A model generated the notes under the pieces. That model did no database searches. It saw nothing but the letters and a program-made list of their open reading frames with translations, and was not told the origin of the DNA. DNA of 63,485 nucleotides, filler included, from Ministeria vibrans ATCC 50519 (taxonomy: Eukaryota; Protista; Filasterea), in the NCBI GenBank assembly GCA_943704425.1. It is 11 parts of 11 records of this genome, joined end to end, with 100 filler letters (N's around TTAATTAATTAA, not from the genome) between each part and the next. Parts side by side here need not be neighbours in the genome. Positions count along the whole stretch, not along the records: positions 38,980 to 49,275 come from CALSCP010002736.1; positions 49,376 to 52,214 come from CALSCP010000877.1; positions 52,315 to 54,053 come from CALSCP010002262.1; positions 54,154 to 56,702 come from CALSCP010000725.1; 7 more parts are not named here. One strand, 5' to 3'. This document shows, piece by piece, positions 38,988-54,681 of the stretch (the stretch's first letter is position 1; every line of letters starts with the position of its first letter). Made by a program: the position numbers and the translations under genes.

Positions 38988-40070
38988 TCACTGCTCTTCC
39001 AAAGCAATTGCTACTCGAATGTCAGATCGTCCTAGTGCGCGTTCAATTGCAATGCGCATTTGCGATTGGGGAAACTGGACGGGAACGAGTTGTTCAAAGG
39101 GAAAGCGGCTGTGAGTGTCGGCGAGAAACTTAATGGCAGTGGCAAGATGCGCTGGAGCGTAGTTGTGGATGCCCCTGAGACACAGATAGCGACGCGTTAT
39201 GGTGTTTGCATCGCATGTGAAGTTGGAACCGGCGCAGACCAGTCCTGCTGTGACCAGACGCCCTCGGAGCCGCAGCAGGCACACTCCAACCGCTAGCGAT
39301 GATGCTACCCCACATACTTCAATGACCACATCGCTGGATGCGTCTCCCCCGAGTGCGTTGAGAGTCTCGTCGGGCGACAATGCACTCACATTCGCTGTAG
39401 TGTCTGCGCCAAATTGACGTGCGAGTGCCAGTCGCTCGTCGCTCACGTCGCTCACAGCCACATGTGCAGCACCACGGTGCTTCAATAACGCCACAGCATA
39501 CAGGCCGAGCAGACCGGCGCCCAGCACCACAGCACGTTCACCCGCAACAAACCCACTCGTCTCCACGGCATTGACAACTGTCGCCAGCGCACAGTTGGCA
39601 GGCGTCGCGACGCGGTCGGTCAGCTGCGGGGGCACGTGGAAGATAGCCGAGCCCGGACGCAGGTAGATGTACTCAGCAAAGCCGCCGCTGAGCGCAGGCT
39701 CGTTGGAACAGCAGGCGTGCCCGTACTTGAAGAGCCGGTCGCATTTTTGGGGGAGGTCTGTGGCGCACTGGGCGCAACTGCCGCAGCTGGCGGCGACTGA
39801 GAAGGTGATGCGGTCGCCAACAGCCAACGGAGAGCCGTCGTGCGCCGTGCTGACGCCCTCGCCGAGCTCGTGGACGCGACACAGAATCTCGTGGCCAAGA
39901 ATCAGCGGCGTCGGCTCTTTGCGCTTCCCTTGGATTGTGTGCAGGTCTGAGCCGCAAATGGTCGCCATGATCACCCGGGCCAGCACAAACCCCGCGTCGG
40001 GCGTCACGATCGCGAATGACTTCTCCACCAGGACGCCGCTGTCGTCCAGAACGAGAGCGCGCGAAGTCAT
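38988..40070 (-). CDS. Zinc-dependent alcohol dehydrogenase (MDR), resembling the phosphonate-catabolism-associated ADH family; intronless
   Basis: ATICGSDLHT, LGHE, CGSCAQC..PQKC..LFKYGH, PANCALATV, GAGLLG, GIHNY. Confidence 0.9.
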   Translation of the reverse strand: MTSRALVLDDSGVLVEKSFAIVTPDAGFVLARVIMATICGSDLHTIQGKRKEPTPLILGHEILCRVHELGEGVSTAHDGSPLAVGDRITFSVAASCGSCAQCATDLPQKCDRLFKYGHACCSNEPALSGGFAEYIYLRPGSAIFHVPPQLTDRVATPANCALATVVNAVETSGFVAGERAVVLGAGLLGLYAVALLKHRGAAHVAVSDVSDERLALARQFGADTTANVSALSPDETLNALGGDASSDVVIEVCGVASSLAVGVCLLRLRGRLVTAGLVCAGSNFTCDANTITRRYLCLRGIHNYAPAHLATAIKFLADTHSRFPFEQLVPVQFPQSQMRIAIERALGRSDIRVAIALEEQ

Positions 40071-40455
40071 TGCTCAAAACAACAACAGCAAAAACACTTA
40101 TTATTATTATTATCAAAAATACTATTCATTGAAAAGACGAACTCAAAATTTAATTAATAATTACTTCACGGTGTCAACAAATAACCATGGTCAGAGTAAC
40201 CCCTAAAACATGTTTATGAGTGTGTAAACAAAATTTAAATATCATTGTTGTGTCACACGGTGCTCCGTCGACCCAAATATACTCAGCCACTATCACTCTC
40301 TCTCATCCAATTATAGTTCGATGAAGTGAATTTATAATAATATTATAGAACATTGCCCTGCCAACGACTAACAGTCTCAGAGTGAATTGCTCACTCTGCT
40401 CAATCCCTCAACTCAATCGAAAAAAAAGGCGATTTGTTTCTGTTTCACTCTCTCT

Positions 40456-43104
<2,649 letters not shown>

Positions 43105-43114
43105 CTATCACTTT

Positions 43115-43152
<38 letters not shown>

Positions 43153-43155
43153 CTT

Positions 43156-43244
<89 letters not shown>

Positions 43245-43404
43245 TTTTAGAGCTGGGTCTGCCTATTTGGCTTCTCTCGGAATCGCTTAGTCTCGCACAC
43301 GCACTTTTACTCTTTATTGTTGTTTCTTGTTCCACTTTAGTTTCTCCTTTTGTATCATAAACATAATGAAAATGATTCCTCATTTTTAATACACAGTGTT
43401 CAGT

Positions 43405-45266
43405 TTAGGTGAGAATTTCATGTCCATACTCCGTTATTAAAATTCTACACAAACAAACGAAAGAGAATTGTTGATTATTAATTAATATTACGACGTTTTC
43501 AACGTGTAGAGTCAGAAATAGAAAGACTGTTAAAAACACAAACCCCTTGGCACTTGCTCGGTCTCATTTCCATTCTCTCACTTTCACTTTCACTCGAGTG
43601 CCATATTCACTCACACGTACTCACCCAATTATTTCACTCACTCCCACATCACTCCCTCACACTCCCATATGACTCCCTCACATCCGACACGACACAAATT
43701 GAAATGTTACGTATGTTCAAACTGGGCGGAATACGACGCACGGGAGCAGTAAGCCGTCCACTTGTCGGCCTTGACCCGCGTGAGGGGCGCACCGCTGCAC
43801 AACACCGGCTCAACAGTAAACGCCATTCCTTTCTTCATTACGTGGTTGCTTTGATTTCCTGTGTTGGTGAATGAACAATATTAATTTTTTTTTTGTAATC
43901 ATTCACGTTTTCAATAATGAGTATAAATGAATAATACAATTGTTCTTGCATCACAATGAAATAACCAACATTAATATGAATAATAATTATAATAATTATT
44001 ATTATAAATTAATAAAAATAATTATGTTAATAATAAATAATAATTTACTATTATTATTAGTAATATACACAAACCAAAGACACAAAATAAATCTTACTGG
44101 TGTGTTGAACTTGAGGTTCGCAATGGAAATCACGACCAATTCCGTGTCCGCAAAACTCCGCAGTGACCACATAATTCGTATTTTCAGTCACTTTCCTGCC
44201 AAAAGAAAGACAAAAGGACACAAAAATATAAATCAAAAGCACTATAAAAAATAAATATAAAGATACCCGATTGCAGTGGCAATTTCTTTGAAGGGAACAC
44301 CTGGTCCACACACAGCGACACCAGCATCGAGGCAATCGCGGGCGGATTGCACAAACTGGCGCAGTTCTTCTGGTGCGATCTCGTCGTCGTCGTCGCTCGG
44401 GCTGCTCGCGTCTGGGTCGGGAGGCACGACAAAGGTGAGGCAGGTGTCACCATGAAACCGGTTGAGATAGACGGATACATCGACACTGATCAGATCGCCT
44501 CCTTGTAAGGGTCGACTAGACGAAAAAAGCAACGTCCATCAGTTCGTCTCTCCGTCTCCCTCACACACACACCACTAAGCACACACCAAGCACACACACA
44601 TACACCACTAAGCACACACCAAGCACACACACACACACACACAGTTCCAAGACAGTCAAGACACAGGCACAGTCACACACGCACGCGCACTCTCTCATGA
44701 TTCTCTTTCTCTGCCTTATGTCCTTACTCGTCCGGAATGCCGTGGACCATGACATCGTTGACAGAGGTGCAAATGCTCTTGGGGAAGCCGCCGTACTGCA
44801 GAGGCGACGGATAGGCACCAGCACGCACAATCATATTGTGCAGCTGCTGGTCAATCTACAAAGCACAACCGAGTCCGTTTGAGGCCAAGCTGCGTCGCTC
44901 CCACTCACACTCACATAATCCGTGGTCACGCCCGGCTTCACCAACGACTCCGAGAAGTGCGCAACGTCGCGTGCAAGCTGGCAAGCGGAGCGGAGACCTG
45001 AAAAAGACGCACAAGGAAACGCAAAGGAGACGGCTCAGACAAAGCAGAAGGGGAGAGGGAGCGCGCGTACGGGCTTGGGCTGCCGTGTCGAGGATGGGGA
45101 TGGTCCTGCGCGGCGTGTATGCAGCGTTCGTCACGTAGCTTGGCCGTGAAATGGCACTGGGGACTTCGCGCTTAGGTGAGACGGTTCCACTCGCGACGAT
45201 CTTGCGCAGGGGCACCACCAGACCCGCCTTGGTCCACAGCATTTCTCCGCTTCGTCGAGCTGCCAT
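43405..45266 (-). CDS. METAP1D: Methionine aminopeptidase type I, mitochondrial-like
   Basis: [77 protein letters not shown]. Confidence 0.9.
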
Positions 45267-45373
45267 TGTATTCTGTTCACCGTACAACTTCGAGTGGATT
45301 GAACTTTAATAAAATGTATTTTGAGAACACGATAATTTAATTTTAAAATTATTCGATCAGTAAAATATTTAGA

Positions 45374-46480
45374 ATGGGCAACGCATCAAGCCACAAGTAC
45401 GGTCTGAGCTCGTCGTCGACGGCCATGGAAGCCACCATTGCCGCAAATGACATGACGGGAAAGGTGGTTGTCGTGACGGGCGGTGCGAGCGGAATAGGAC
45501 TGGAGATCGTCCGAACGTTTGCCAAACTTGGCGCTGTTGTCGTTGTCGGTACGCCCTGTCGCCCCCACGCGCCCCGACGGCGCCCCATGTCCGCGTGCTG
45601 ACTTTCCTTTATGCCCTGGCTAGCTGCTCGGAACGAGGCGGCCGCCGCAGAGGCGCTGCGGGGGCTGGAGGGCGACACGCGATTTGTGCATCTGCAGCTG
45701 GACTCGCTCGCGTCCGTTCGAGCGTGTGCTGCCGCGCTCACAGCCGCCCATTCCGCCGTTGACGTGCTTATATGCAATGCCGGCGTCATGGCCATGCCGT
45801 ACACCCTCACCCAAGACTCTCTCGAGTGGCATTTTCAAGTGAATTTTCTCGGTCACTTTCTGCTCTCGCAACGTACGTACCATCATCACAATCATTCACA
45901 TAATTATTTTGACTCTTAATTTTCTTATGAATTATGTTTTTTTTTTGTTTTTTTGTCTCCTAGTGTTACTCCCAACCTTGCTTGCTTCGGGCCGACCCCG
46001 CATTGTTTACACCACCTCGACGCTGCACCGCATTGCCACAGTCAACCTCAACAACCCACAATGGATCCCACGCCACACACTCCAACAGAACGACCCGCCA
46101 GCGACAGACGCAGAGGGTCTTCCCATCAAGCCTCTCATGTACAATCGATGGAGTGCCTTTGCCGCCAGCAAAACTGCCCTTTGTCTGCTCGCGCTCGAAA
46201 TGCATAACAGATACCACAAAATGGGTCTTTCCGTCTTTGGTACGTGCCCATTTCCGTGTTTTCATCGTATGTTTCATTTCATCACCACCCTAATTTGAAT
46301 CCCTAATTTGAATTGATCACAATCTCTTACTCAATCCAAAATCAATCTCACCCTTTCTCATTCCTCGTCTCACTCACCCTGATCACCTTTTTTCTCTGTA
46401 TCCTTTCTTTTTCTCTGTATCACTTTGTTTCTTTCTTTTTCTCTGTATCACTTTGTTTCTTTCTTTTTCTCTGTATCACT

Positions 46481-46517
<37 letters not shown>

Positions 46518-47055
46518 CTCTCTTTCTTTCTTTCTCTCTCTTTCTCTGTATGCGTGTATTGAATGGTCCTCCGCAGCGGTGCACCCTGGCCTGTCCGCCA
46601 CGCAGCACCACCACCACGCCCGCTTCCAGTTCCTTCTCTCCTCCGTCTTCTTCCCTCTTGTCGGTCCCTTCCTCGCCAAAACTCCTTCTCAAGCAGCCGC
46701 CACGTCTGTTTACTGTGCGTCTGCCCGAGGGCTCTCCCGTGAGAGCGGTCATTTCTTCGAGGACTGCTACCGCTCGTCCGCTCATCCGCACGCGCGAGAC
46801 CCCAATGCCAGCCTGAAACTTTTTGAACTTGCCTGTGCGCTCTGTCAGCTCACTCCTCTACCCACTGTGCTTCCCCAGACTCCTCTTGAAGACGAAGATG
46901 ATTCGCCTCTCGCCACCGACTGTGTCACCCTGACTGACACCACTCCCTCGCACTGCGATTCCCACTGTCCCAATCACTCTCACACGTCAAATGACGCGCA
47001 AACTGTTGATATTGACCCTCGAGTCGCTCTCATCGAAGGAAATCCACTCGAATGA
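45374..47055 (+). CDS. Short-chain dehydrogenase/reductase (RDH12/WWOX-like) lacking the catalytic Tyr
   Basis: TGGASGIG, LQLDSLASV, CNAGVM, FQVNFLGHFLL, AFAASK, VHPG; MGNASS N-terminus. Confidence 0.88.
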
Positions 47056-47376
47056 GACTATTTTCATTGGTTTTGTATTACTGAAGTAGCCATGGTCTAT
47101 TGTAACAATACTATTAAAATTGTATGAAAACTATGAATCATTTTTTTCGCACAGTCATTAAATGAGCCTTGATTAGTTCTTCCAACGTTAGAAAAATATT
47201 CACCTTTGGTTGGCTTTCACACTTTGTTCTTGCTTCAGTAAGAAACTTCTGCGCAAGAGTGGGCGCACTGAATAGTGGTTTACTGACTGAGCGAAGACGT
47301 ATAATTTATATGACCTGATGATTATTTCCCAGCTCTCCCGTGGCCCTCCGTCGCATTAATATATTGTGCCTGAGTT

Positions 47377-47469
47377 GTGCTGCTCTTTGTTGTTTGTGCT
47401 GCTCTTTGTTGTTTGTGCTGCTCTTTGTTGTTTGTGCTGCTCTTTGTTGTTTGTGCTGCTCTTTGTTGT
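47377..47469. repeat. 19-bp minisatellite GTGCTGCTCTTTGTTGTTT, about 5 copies
   Basis: Four perfect copies plus one near-complete copy. Confidence 0.9.
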
Positions 47470-47550
47470 GTTGTATATAGTCTTATTTCGACATTGAGTA
47501 AAGTACAGCTCCCGATTCTCTATTTATTTTCTTATTGTTCAAGCAGTTGT

Positions 47551-49179
47551 TTACAATGACTCCAAATCAATCTCATCGGGATTTGCACTGGCCGCTTCAG
47601 CCTCATCCGACGGTCCCTCTTCGTCAAAATCAAGTGAAATCTCATCCGGATTCTTCGAGTTTCCCAACGAAACGCTAAAAAAGAACAAATCAAATCAATT
47701 AATCTATTATTTGATCCGTTGTATCTTACGACTGCGTTGAGTGACTGTTCTGCACGTATTCTCTTTTCTTAATAAGCGGAATCTCAATCATTTGCGAGAA
47801 CTCAATAGTTTGCAAATTTGGCTCTGACAGATCAGTCGTAAAATTCTCCGCAATTTCCAATGGGCTTTCCGCATTTTTCTGTCGTAAAAGTGTCAAAATC
47901 GCTTCGATTTCCTAAGACGAAAAGATAATGCAGTCAGACAAACAGACATTTGATACAACTACTTTTGATGCGAGTGCTCATGTATGTGTTTCTTACTTCT
48001 TTTGTTGGCGAAAAGTTGATGCGCGGCTGATCCTGTTCATTTTGCAACGGAACGGCAAAAGGAGGAATCTACACATACAAATCGAATGGCAAACAGTCAT
48101 CATACTGCACTCTGTTATGTTTTTCTCGTACGAGCGAGCGGGAACGGTCGAGCGAGAAGAACCCAATAGTGGATTTGACAATGGCGAGCCACTCTACGTC
48201 ATATTCAAAGGGAAACCGACCTGTCTGGGTGTTTCGCGCTTTCAGTGCGGGTAACCGAAGAAATTGAAGAAAATCCTGGCCCGGGAGACATTTGGAGAGC
48301 GCCAGAAAGTGAGTGGCTGTTGATTTGTGTCTGGAGAGAAGAGAGAGAGCGAGTGAGATTATACAATATTCCCAAAAATGACCAATCATACGCAAAGTGA
48401 GATTGAGACGAATCGTGAGAGACAATTGCAGGGAATTTGACGTGAAGATGAGCGGAAAACCAGTAGCGAGGACGGAGCCAGTGGAGGAGAGTGTGTGCGG
48501 CGGGAGAGCCCAGTGAGTGGTTGTAGACTGAGTGAGAAAGAGAATGAGTGTGAGGTGAGTGTGAGTGTGAGGAAACGAGTATCAATTGCGTGTGGAATTA
48601 TGGCAGTGTGACGGTGAAAATATAAGAGAATTATACAGAGTCACATTGATTAAAAATATTGAGTGGTGATGCTCAAAGCAAAACACACATAAACAAAATT
48701 AGTGTTACTTTCTTCGCGAAGAAATTTCTTTTTGCGAATGAGCGCATTGGTGTCACCAGCGAGCGCAATGTCAGTAGGCCAATCGTGGGACAGAAAGATG
48801 TCAGGCGAAGGAAAGGAGGAGGGAGAAGAGTCATCGTCGTGATTGTGTGAGGCAGAGAGTTGAGCAAGACGGAAGGTGTCCTGCACACGAACGTGATAGG
48901 CACTGCGTTTGGTATCTTCGCTGTATGGCGGACTCTCGTAGTGACCCAGACTAAAAACACGAGTTACCGTGAGATCAACATGTGCCTGCTCACACACAGT
49001 CACACACACATTCTCTCTATCACTTTGTTTCTTTCTATTCTTTGTTTCTTTCTCCCTCCTTGCTCTATCACTCACATACACACACACACAAACTCTCTCT
49101 CTCTCAAACCCTCTCTCTCTCTCAAACACACACACACACACACTCTCTCTCTCTCAAACTCTCTTTCACTTTGTATCTT

Positions 49180-49257
<78 letters not shown>

Positions 49258-49275
49258 CTTTTTGTACTGGTAGTG
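47551..49275 (-). CDS. DBR1: Lariat debranching enzyme, 3' part
   Basis: RSAYHVR, DIFLSHDWP, LGSP..LRPRYWFSAHLHVKF, FLALSKCLP, YDVEWLAI, NPDEI repeats. Confidence 0.93.
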
Positions 49276-50475
49276 NNNNNNNNNNNNNNNNNNNNNNNNN
49301 NNNNNNNNNNNNNNNNNNNTTAATTAATTAANNNNNNNNNNNNNNNNNNNNNNNNNNNNNNNNNNNNNNNNNNNNGAACTTGCCACCTGTTTGCATCAGT
49401 TTGAGGACCTTCAAATTTGGCATATTTCTGCTGAAAGCTAACAAATCGAATAAAATCGGAGTGGTCGCGGTGACGATGCCATATGTGTGGTCGGTGTGCG
49501 TGTGTGCTGATTGTGTGGTGTGTGGTGGTGTAGGGCGACTGGAAACTGCTGACAAAGGAGGAAAAGGTCAAATGTAAGTGGAAACTCTCACTCTTCGCCA
49601 GACACCCCTCTCGCGCGCCCATCTGCACGCGAGGGCGGGTGCGGGTGTGGGGGATGCGTCGGATGGCGCGTCTTCCCCTCTGCGTGTGCGCTAACACCCT
49701 CTTTTCGCTTTGTCCTTCCCAACACAGTGTACCGCGCCACGTACAACGAGACGCGCGAAGGTGAGGGCTCCTGGTGTCCGTTGTGTGTCTGCTGTTGTCC
49801 CTTGCGTCCACGCGCGCGTGTGTGTCTTTGGTTTTGGGTTTAGTGTGAAGATTGTGCTGATGGTTTTTTTTTTTTGTGCTACGTACAGACCAAACGCGCG
49901 ATATGCATGGTGGAGCCAACCAGAAGGCCGTGTTTGCCGGCACTCTGCTGATGATCTCTTGTGCTCTGTGCTTCTTTGCATTCCTTCAAAAGATGTGTAA
50001 GTCGAGAGAGACAGACAGACCGAGACAGACAGCGTTAGAGAGAGAGCGACGGATAAACTGAGAGCCGTCTTGTGTGTGTAGCGCCTGGAAGGAAGCCCAT
50101 CCGCACAATGACCCCCGAGTGGAAGGCAAAGGAAGAGGAGGTGGGCCGCAAGAACAACGCAAATCCCTTTTTCCGCAAAGATTGATTCGTCGCCAAAAAG
50201 AGTGGGATATTAGTACACAAAAAAACGTCTTTTTAACTGATGATATGTGCGTGAGAGAGAGAGACGGGAGGGGGGGGTTGAGGTCGCGACGTGGGTGACT
50301 GAAGGCTGTCCGATGGCGCACGCACATTTTATCTTTCTCACCGCGGGCTTGGGCTCTGGGAGAAAGAATCAACCCATTTGAATTCTTCATTTCCCCACCC
50401 ACGGTTTCGGTTACGGCCCAAGGAAAGATGAATCGGGGAAGAAGAAGCAAAGAAAGACCGGGTATCTTCGGCATC

Positions 50476-50679
50476 TCCAATCCGTGTCGGGACGGCGGTG
50501 CGTGCCTAGACGGCGTTGATGGGTACACATGCAAGTGCGATGAGGGCTACGCCGACACACTCTGCCAGACGGTCATCAACGGGTGCACCTCAACCGCGTG
50601 TCGGAACGGCGGCAATTGTGTTGACGAAGTTGACATGTACACTTGTGTGTGCATTCCGGGCTATGCTGGCCTTCAGTGA
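50476..50679 (+). pseudogene. Isolated two-EGF-domain fragment with a frameshift or stop
   Basis: NPCRDGGAC..CKC..C and CRNGGNC..CVC..GLQ*; TGA falls where the last Cys is expected; no obvious splice acceptor upstream. Confidence 0.6.
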
Positions 50680-52524
50680 AACAGCAGCAGAAAAAGCGAG
50701 GGAGTTGTGACGTCGTCGTGTCCTCGACGTAACCTGTCAAAGGTTAATGCTTTATCGGGTGTGTGCTTGTGCTTGTGACAATGCTTACTCCACTTTTTGT
50801 GCAGGTAGTTGCGGTGGTGGGGGTGAGGATAGCGACGGTACGACATTTGATGTCAGTGCATAAATATTCGAATGGGACTGTCCCGTTGGTTGTTCGGTTG
50901 GTGTATGGAGAGAGTGGCCCGATCACGCCTGAATCGACAGCCTTCCTCTGTGTAGATTGGATGGTGACGGTGGCAAGGCTAGGGGGAGGTAACCCGAGGA
51001 AGTCTGTCACAGAGGCAAAGGTCACTCGGGTGAAATAATAACCCAGGGGACAACTCACTGTCGCCGTGTATCGACTGCTGATATTGTTTGTATTGTAGTC
51101 TCTAACAAGCACCCTCACTTGTCCAGTGAAAATATATTCACAAGTAGATTTGAAAGATCCCTAAATCTAAAGATTCTGTTTGAGGTCGAGTCTAACGGTA
51201 AAATTTTATATTTTGACAATAAATTGGAAATATCTGCTCTGCTCTGCTCTGCTCTGCTAGTTTTTTTTTATTTGAAAGGTCCGGGGGGAACCGACACCGA
51301 TTATATATACTCAATTTGCCTAAACAGTAAGTGACAATGAGCAGTAATACATGGGGTGTTGATGTTGATGATTGTGAGTATTGGTGTTCATTTCTGGTTC
51401 TTTTTCTTCACTTTCCCCCCCCTGGTCAAAAATTGTGTCTTTGCTTGTTCGCGCTTGCCTGAACATATATCGCTTTAGTTTGCCAGACGATTGTATATAT
51501 ATGGTAATGTGTGTTCATTTACGCATGTCGGCGGCGGCGATAGTAGTCGGCAAGGGCGGGAGAGAGAGGGCACATGGGAATTCAACCTCTCTTTTCGATA
51601 ATCTGTTGCATAGTTGTCCCTCTTTTCGTTCTTACTACGTCTTCGAAGTTGGCATGGATATCCCCCGCTTTCCACCTCCCCACCCCCGCTGGTCCCCGTA
51701 CCCCCCATTGCATGTAGTGGTGAAGGTGGTGAGGGTGGCAATTTGATGCCAGCAGGCATTCGCGATATTTTTCCAAATATAATACAAAAAAAAAGTCGCC
51801 GTTGTTTTCAGAAATCCTCATATGAGCGCGTGTGTACAGCCAAATGGCGAATGATGCCTCGGTGGCCAGCAGCCGAGACGACTTTAAAAGCTTCTCCTTG
51901 AGTCCATCGGACTATCGTACACCAGCGGAAGTGAACAAGTCTCTGTTTTTATTTTTCGTCTTATGAAAGAAAAAAAATTCCTTCGTTTAAAATTCGCTTA
52001 AAATTCAATCGTAAATCGGTTTTCCTGTGGCTCCGCTTGCTTCTCCACAACAACACATACGTGATTTTTGTAAGTTTTACATAAAGAGGAAGAACGCGGC
52101 GTTTGTAGAGGCATCTTTCTGTACCTCGTGAAATAAACGTGAAAAGTCCGAGCGTGGACTTTTTTGCCTTTTGAAACTTTTTTATTGTGCCATGGAAGCC
52201 ATGGGGGGGGGGAGNNNNNNNNNNNNNNNNNNNNNNNNNNNNNNNNNNNNNNNNNNNNTTAATTAATTAANNNNNNNNNNNNNNNNNNNNNNNNNNNNNN
52301 NNNNNNNNNNNNNNTTATTATTATTATTATTATTACATTATTATTATTATTATTATTATTACACTATTAAAATTATTATTATTATTACACTATTAAAATT
52401 ATTATTATTATTACACTATTAAAATTATTATTATTATTATTATTATTATTATAATATTATTACTATAATCATACTATTTTTTTTTTTACATTTCCCTCAT
52501 TTCTCGTTTGTTTGAACTATTTAG

Positions 52525-53975
52525 CTTGCTCTGAAGATCAGCGCTAACTCTGTGTACGGTTTCACCGGTGCAACAGTGGGAAAACTGCCGTGTCTGGAGA
52601 TCTCGTCGTCGGTCACTGCGTTTGGTCGTCAGATGATTCACCAGACGAAAGAGTTTGTCGAGGCTCACTACACTGTAAGAAAAAGGGTTAAACGTGTGTG
52701 ATATTTATACTAATTCTTTTTGTCCTTTTCCTAGGTTGCCAACGGTTTCTCGTGCGACGCCAAGGTCATCTACGGTGACACAGACTCGGTCATGATCAAC
52801 TTTGGCATTCGCGACGACCTTGCGCGTGTCATGGACATTGGTCGTGAAGCGGCTGAACTTGTCACCAAGACCTTTATTCGTCCCATCAATCTCGAATTTG
52901 AAAAGGTGTGTGCATTTAAGATATTTTTCCGTGTGTTTTATTTTTATGTGTATGTGTCTGACTGGCTGACCGTGTGTGAATGAGATTGAAGAAACATTAA
53001 TATTACTATGTTTGTTTTAGGTTTACTTCCCTTACCTATTAGTGAACAAAAAGCGCTACGCCGGTCTGTACTGGACTCGCCCCGACAAATACGACAAAAT
53101 GGACACCAAGGTACAATTAGTAGAAGTGGTACAAAAAAGCAACCTAGTGTATTAATTCCATACCATTGAAACACAAAAGGGTCTTGAGACGGTGCGCCGA
53201 GACAATTGTCATCTGGCCAAGAACCTACTTGACTCGTGCCTACGCTACATCCTGATTGATCGCGATGTTGAGAAGGCAATGGTGCACGTCCGTGATACTG
53301 TCAGTGACCTTTTGCAAAACCGCGTCGACATTTCTCAGCTGGTACCAAGAAATCCGGTTCATGAGTCGTATTCATTTATTTTCTTTTTGTTTGTTTGTTT
53401 TCAATTGTGCAGGTGATCACCAAACAGCTGTCCAAGACGAGCGAAGGCTATGCGGGCAAGCAGGCGCACGTAGAGCTGGCTGCCCGCATGCGCAAGCGTG
53501 ACATTGGCACTGCGCCCACTCTGGGTGACCGTGTTCCTTATGTCATCATTCAAGTATAAATATAAAGCAGGAGGAAGAAAAAGTCTCTCATTATCTTTGT
53601 TTTATTGTTGCGTAGGGTGCCAAGAAGGCGGCTGCCTACGAGAAGAGCGAAGATCCCCTCTATGTGCTCGAGCACAACATTCCCATTGACAACCGCTATT
53701 ACCTCGAGAACCAGCTGTGGAATCCCATTATGCGCATCTTTGAGCCCATTCTCGGTGAACAAAAGGCCACAGAGCTGCTCGGTAAGATATTGGTTTTAAT
53801 TTCAATGAGGTTCGCGGAGGTGCTGAAGATATTTTTTTTCTTTTGGACTTTGATTCAGCTGGTGACCATACACTCACAATCAGCATGACGACACCCGCGC
53901 GCACCAAGGGTGGCATTCTGGGATTCACCAAGAAGACTGAGAAATGCATTGGGTGCAAAGTGCCCGTCTCTGGAA
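52525..53975 (+). CDS. POLD1: DNA polymerase delta catalytic subunit, internal/3' fragment
   Basis: [51 protein letters not shown], first CIGC of the C-terminal domain. Confidence 0.97.
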
Positions 53976-54017
53976 GTGAGCGGCGTTGCACAATTCTCGC
54001 CTGTTGCTGATGTTATT

Positions 54018-54053
<36 letters not shown>

Positions 54054-54681
54054 NNNNNNNNNNNNNNNNNNNNNNNNNNNNNNNNNNNNNNNNNNNNTTA
54101 ATTAATTAANNNNNNNNNNNNNNNNNNNNNNNNNNNNNNNNNNNNNNNNNNNNACCCATCCATATATCTATCCTCATAATCTAACACACAGTCACGACAA
54201 CAAGCACACCAGCCGCCCTACAGCCGACCCGCCCCGCCTGTGTACCACGGGAGCGCCCCGCAGCCACCTGGACTTGCCGCCGCCGACCACCGATCCGATT
54301 GCCTCAACCACGACTTCGACTTTACACTCCTTGCCGACAGACACCTCCATGGTGTCAGAGCCCTAAGCCTCCTCTGGGGGTATGGCGTACCATTGCGATT
54401 GCCTCACTGGATAGCGTCGACACAGCACTATGACCTGCCACTGTTCTCCCATGTTACCTCTAGAGTTTCGGTCGAGTTTGCAAGGCGGTCTGGCTGTGTC
54501 TTCGCGTGGTGACTGTATCATTAATAAATGGGTTGTATTCTTCTTCTAATTATTATTATAAATTATTATTCTTTTTTATTCTTATTTATTTCTTCCCTTT
54601 AATCTGAGTAAACATCCAATATCCCCATGGATAATTCTTACTAATTAATTTTTTATTAACTTCATAATTATTCATCGTATT

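Noticed and set aside
47078-47241. Short inverted repeat TTACTGAAG/CTTCAGTAA as a Tc1-type MITE
   Set aside because: Only 9-11 bp in AT-rich DNA; insufficient without other copies.
47315-47373. Possible C/D snoRNA (TGATGA...CTGA)
   Set aside because: No terminal stem and no recognisable rRNA-antisense element.
49376-50200. Possible minus-strand gene start (MPNLKVLKL...) with upstream spliced exons
   Set aside because: Splice-like signals exist but no frame or family could be supported; truncated by a linker.
54154-54512. Possible last exon of a plus-strand gene
   Set aside because: Frame ambiguous, no recognisable motif, at a contig edge.
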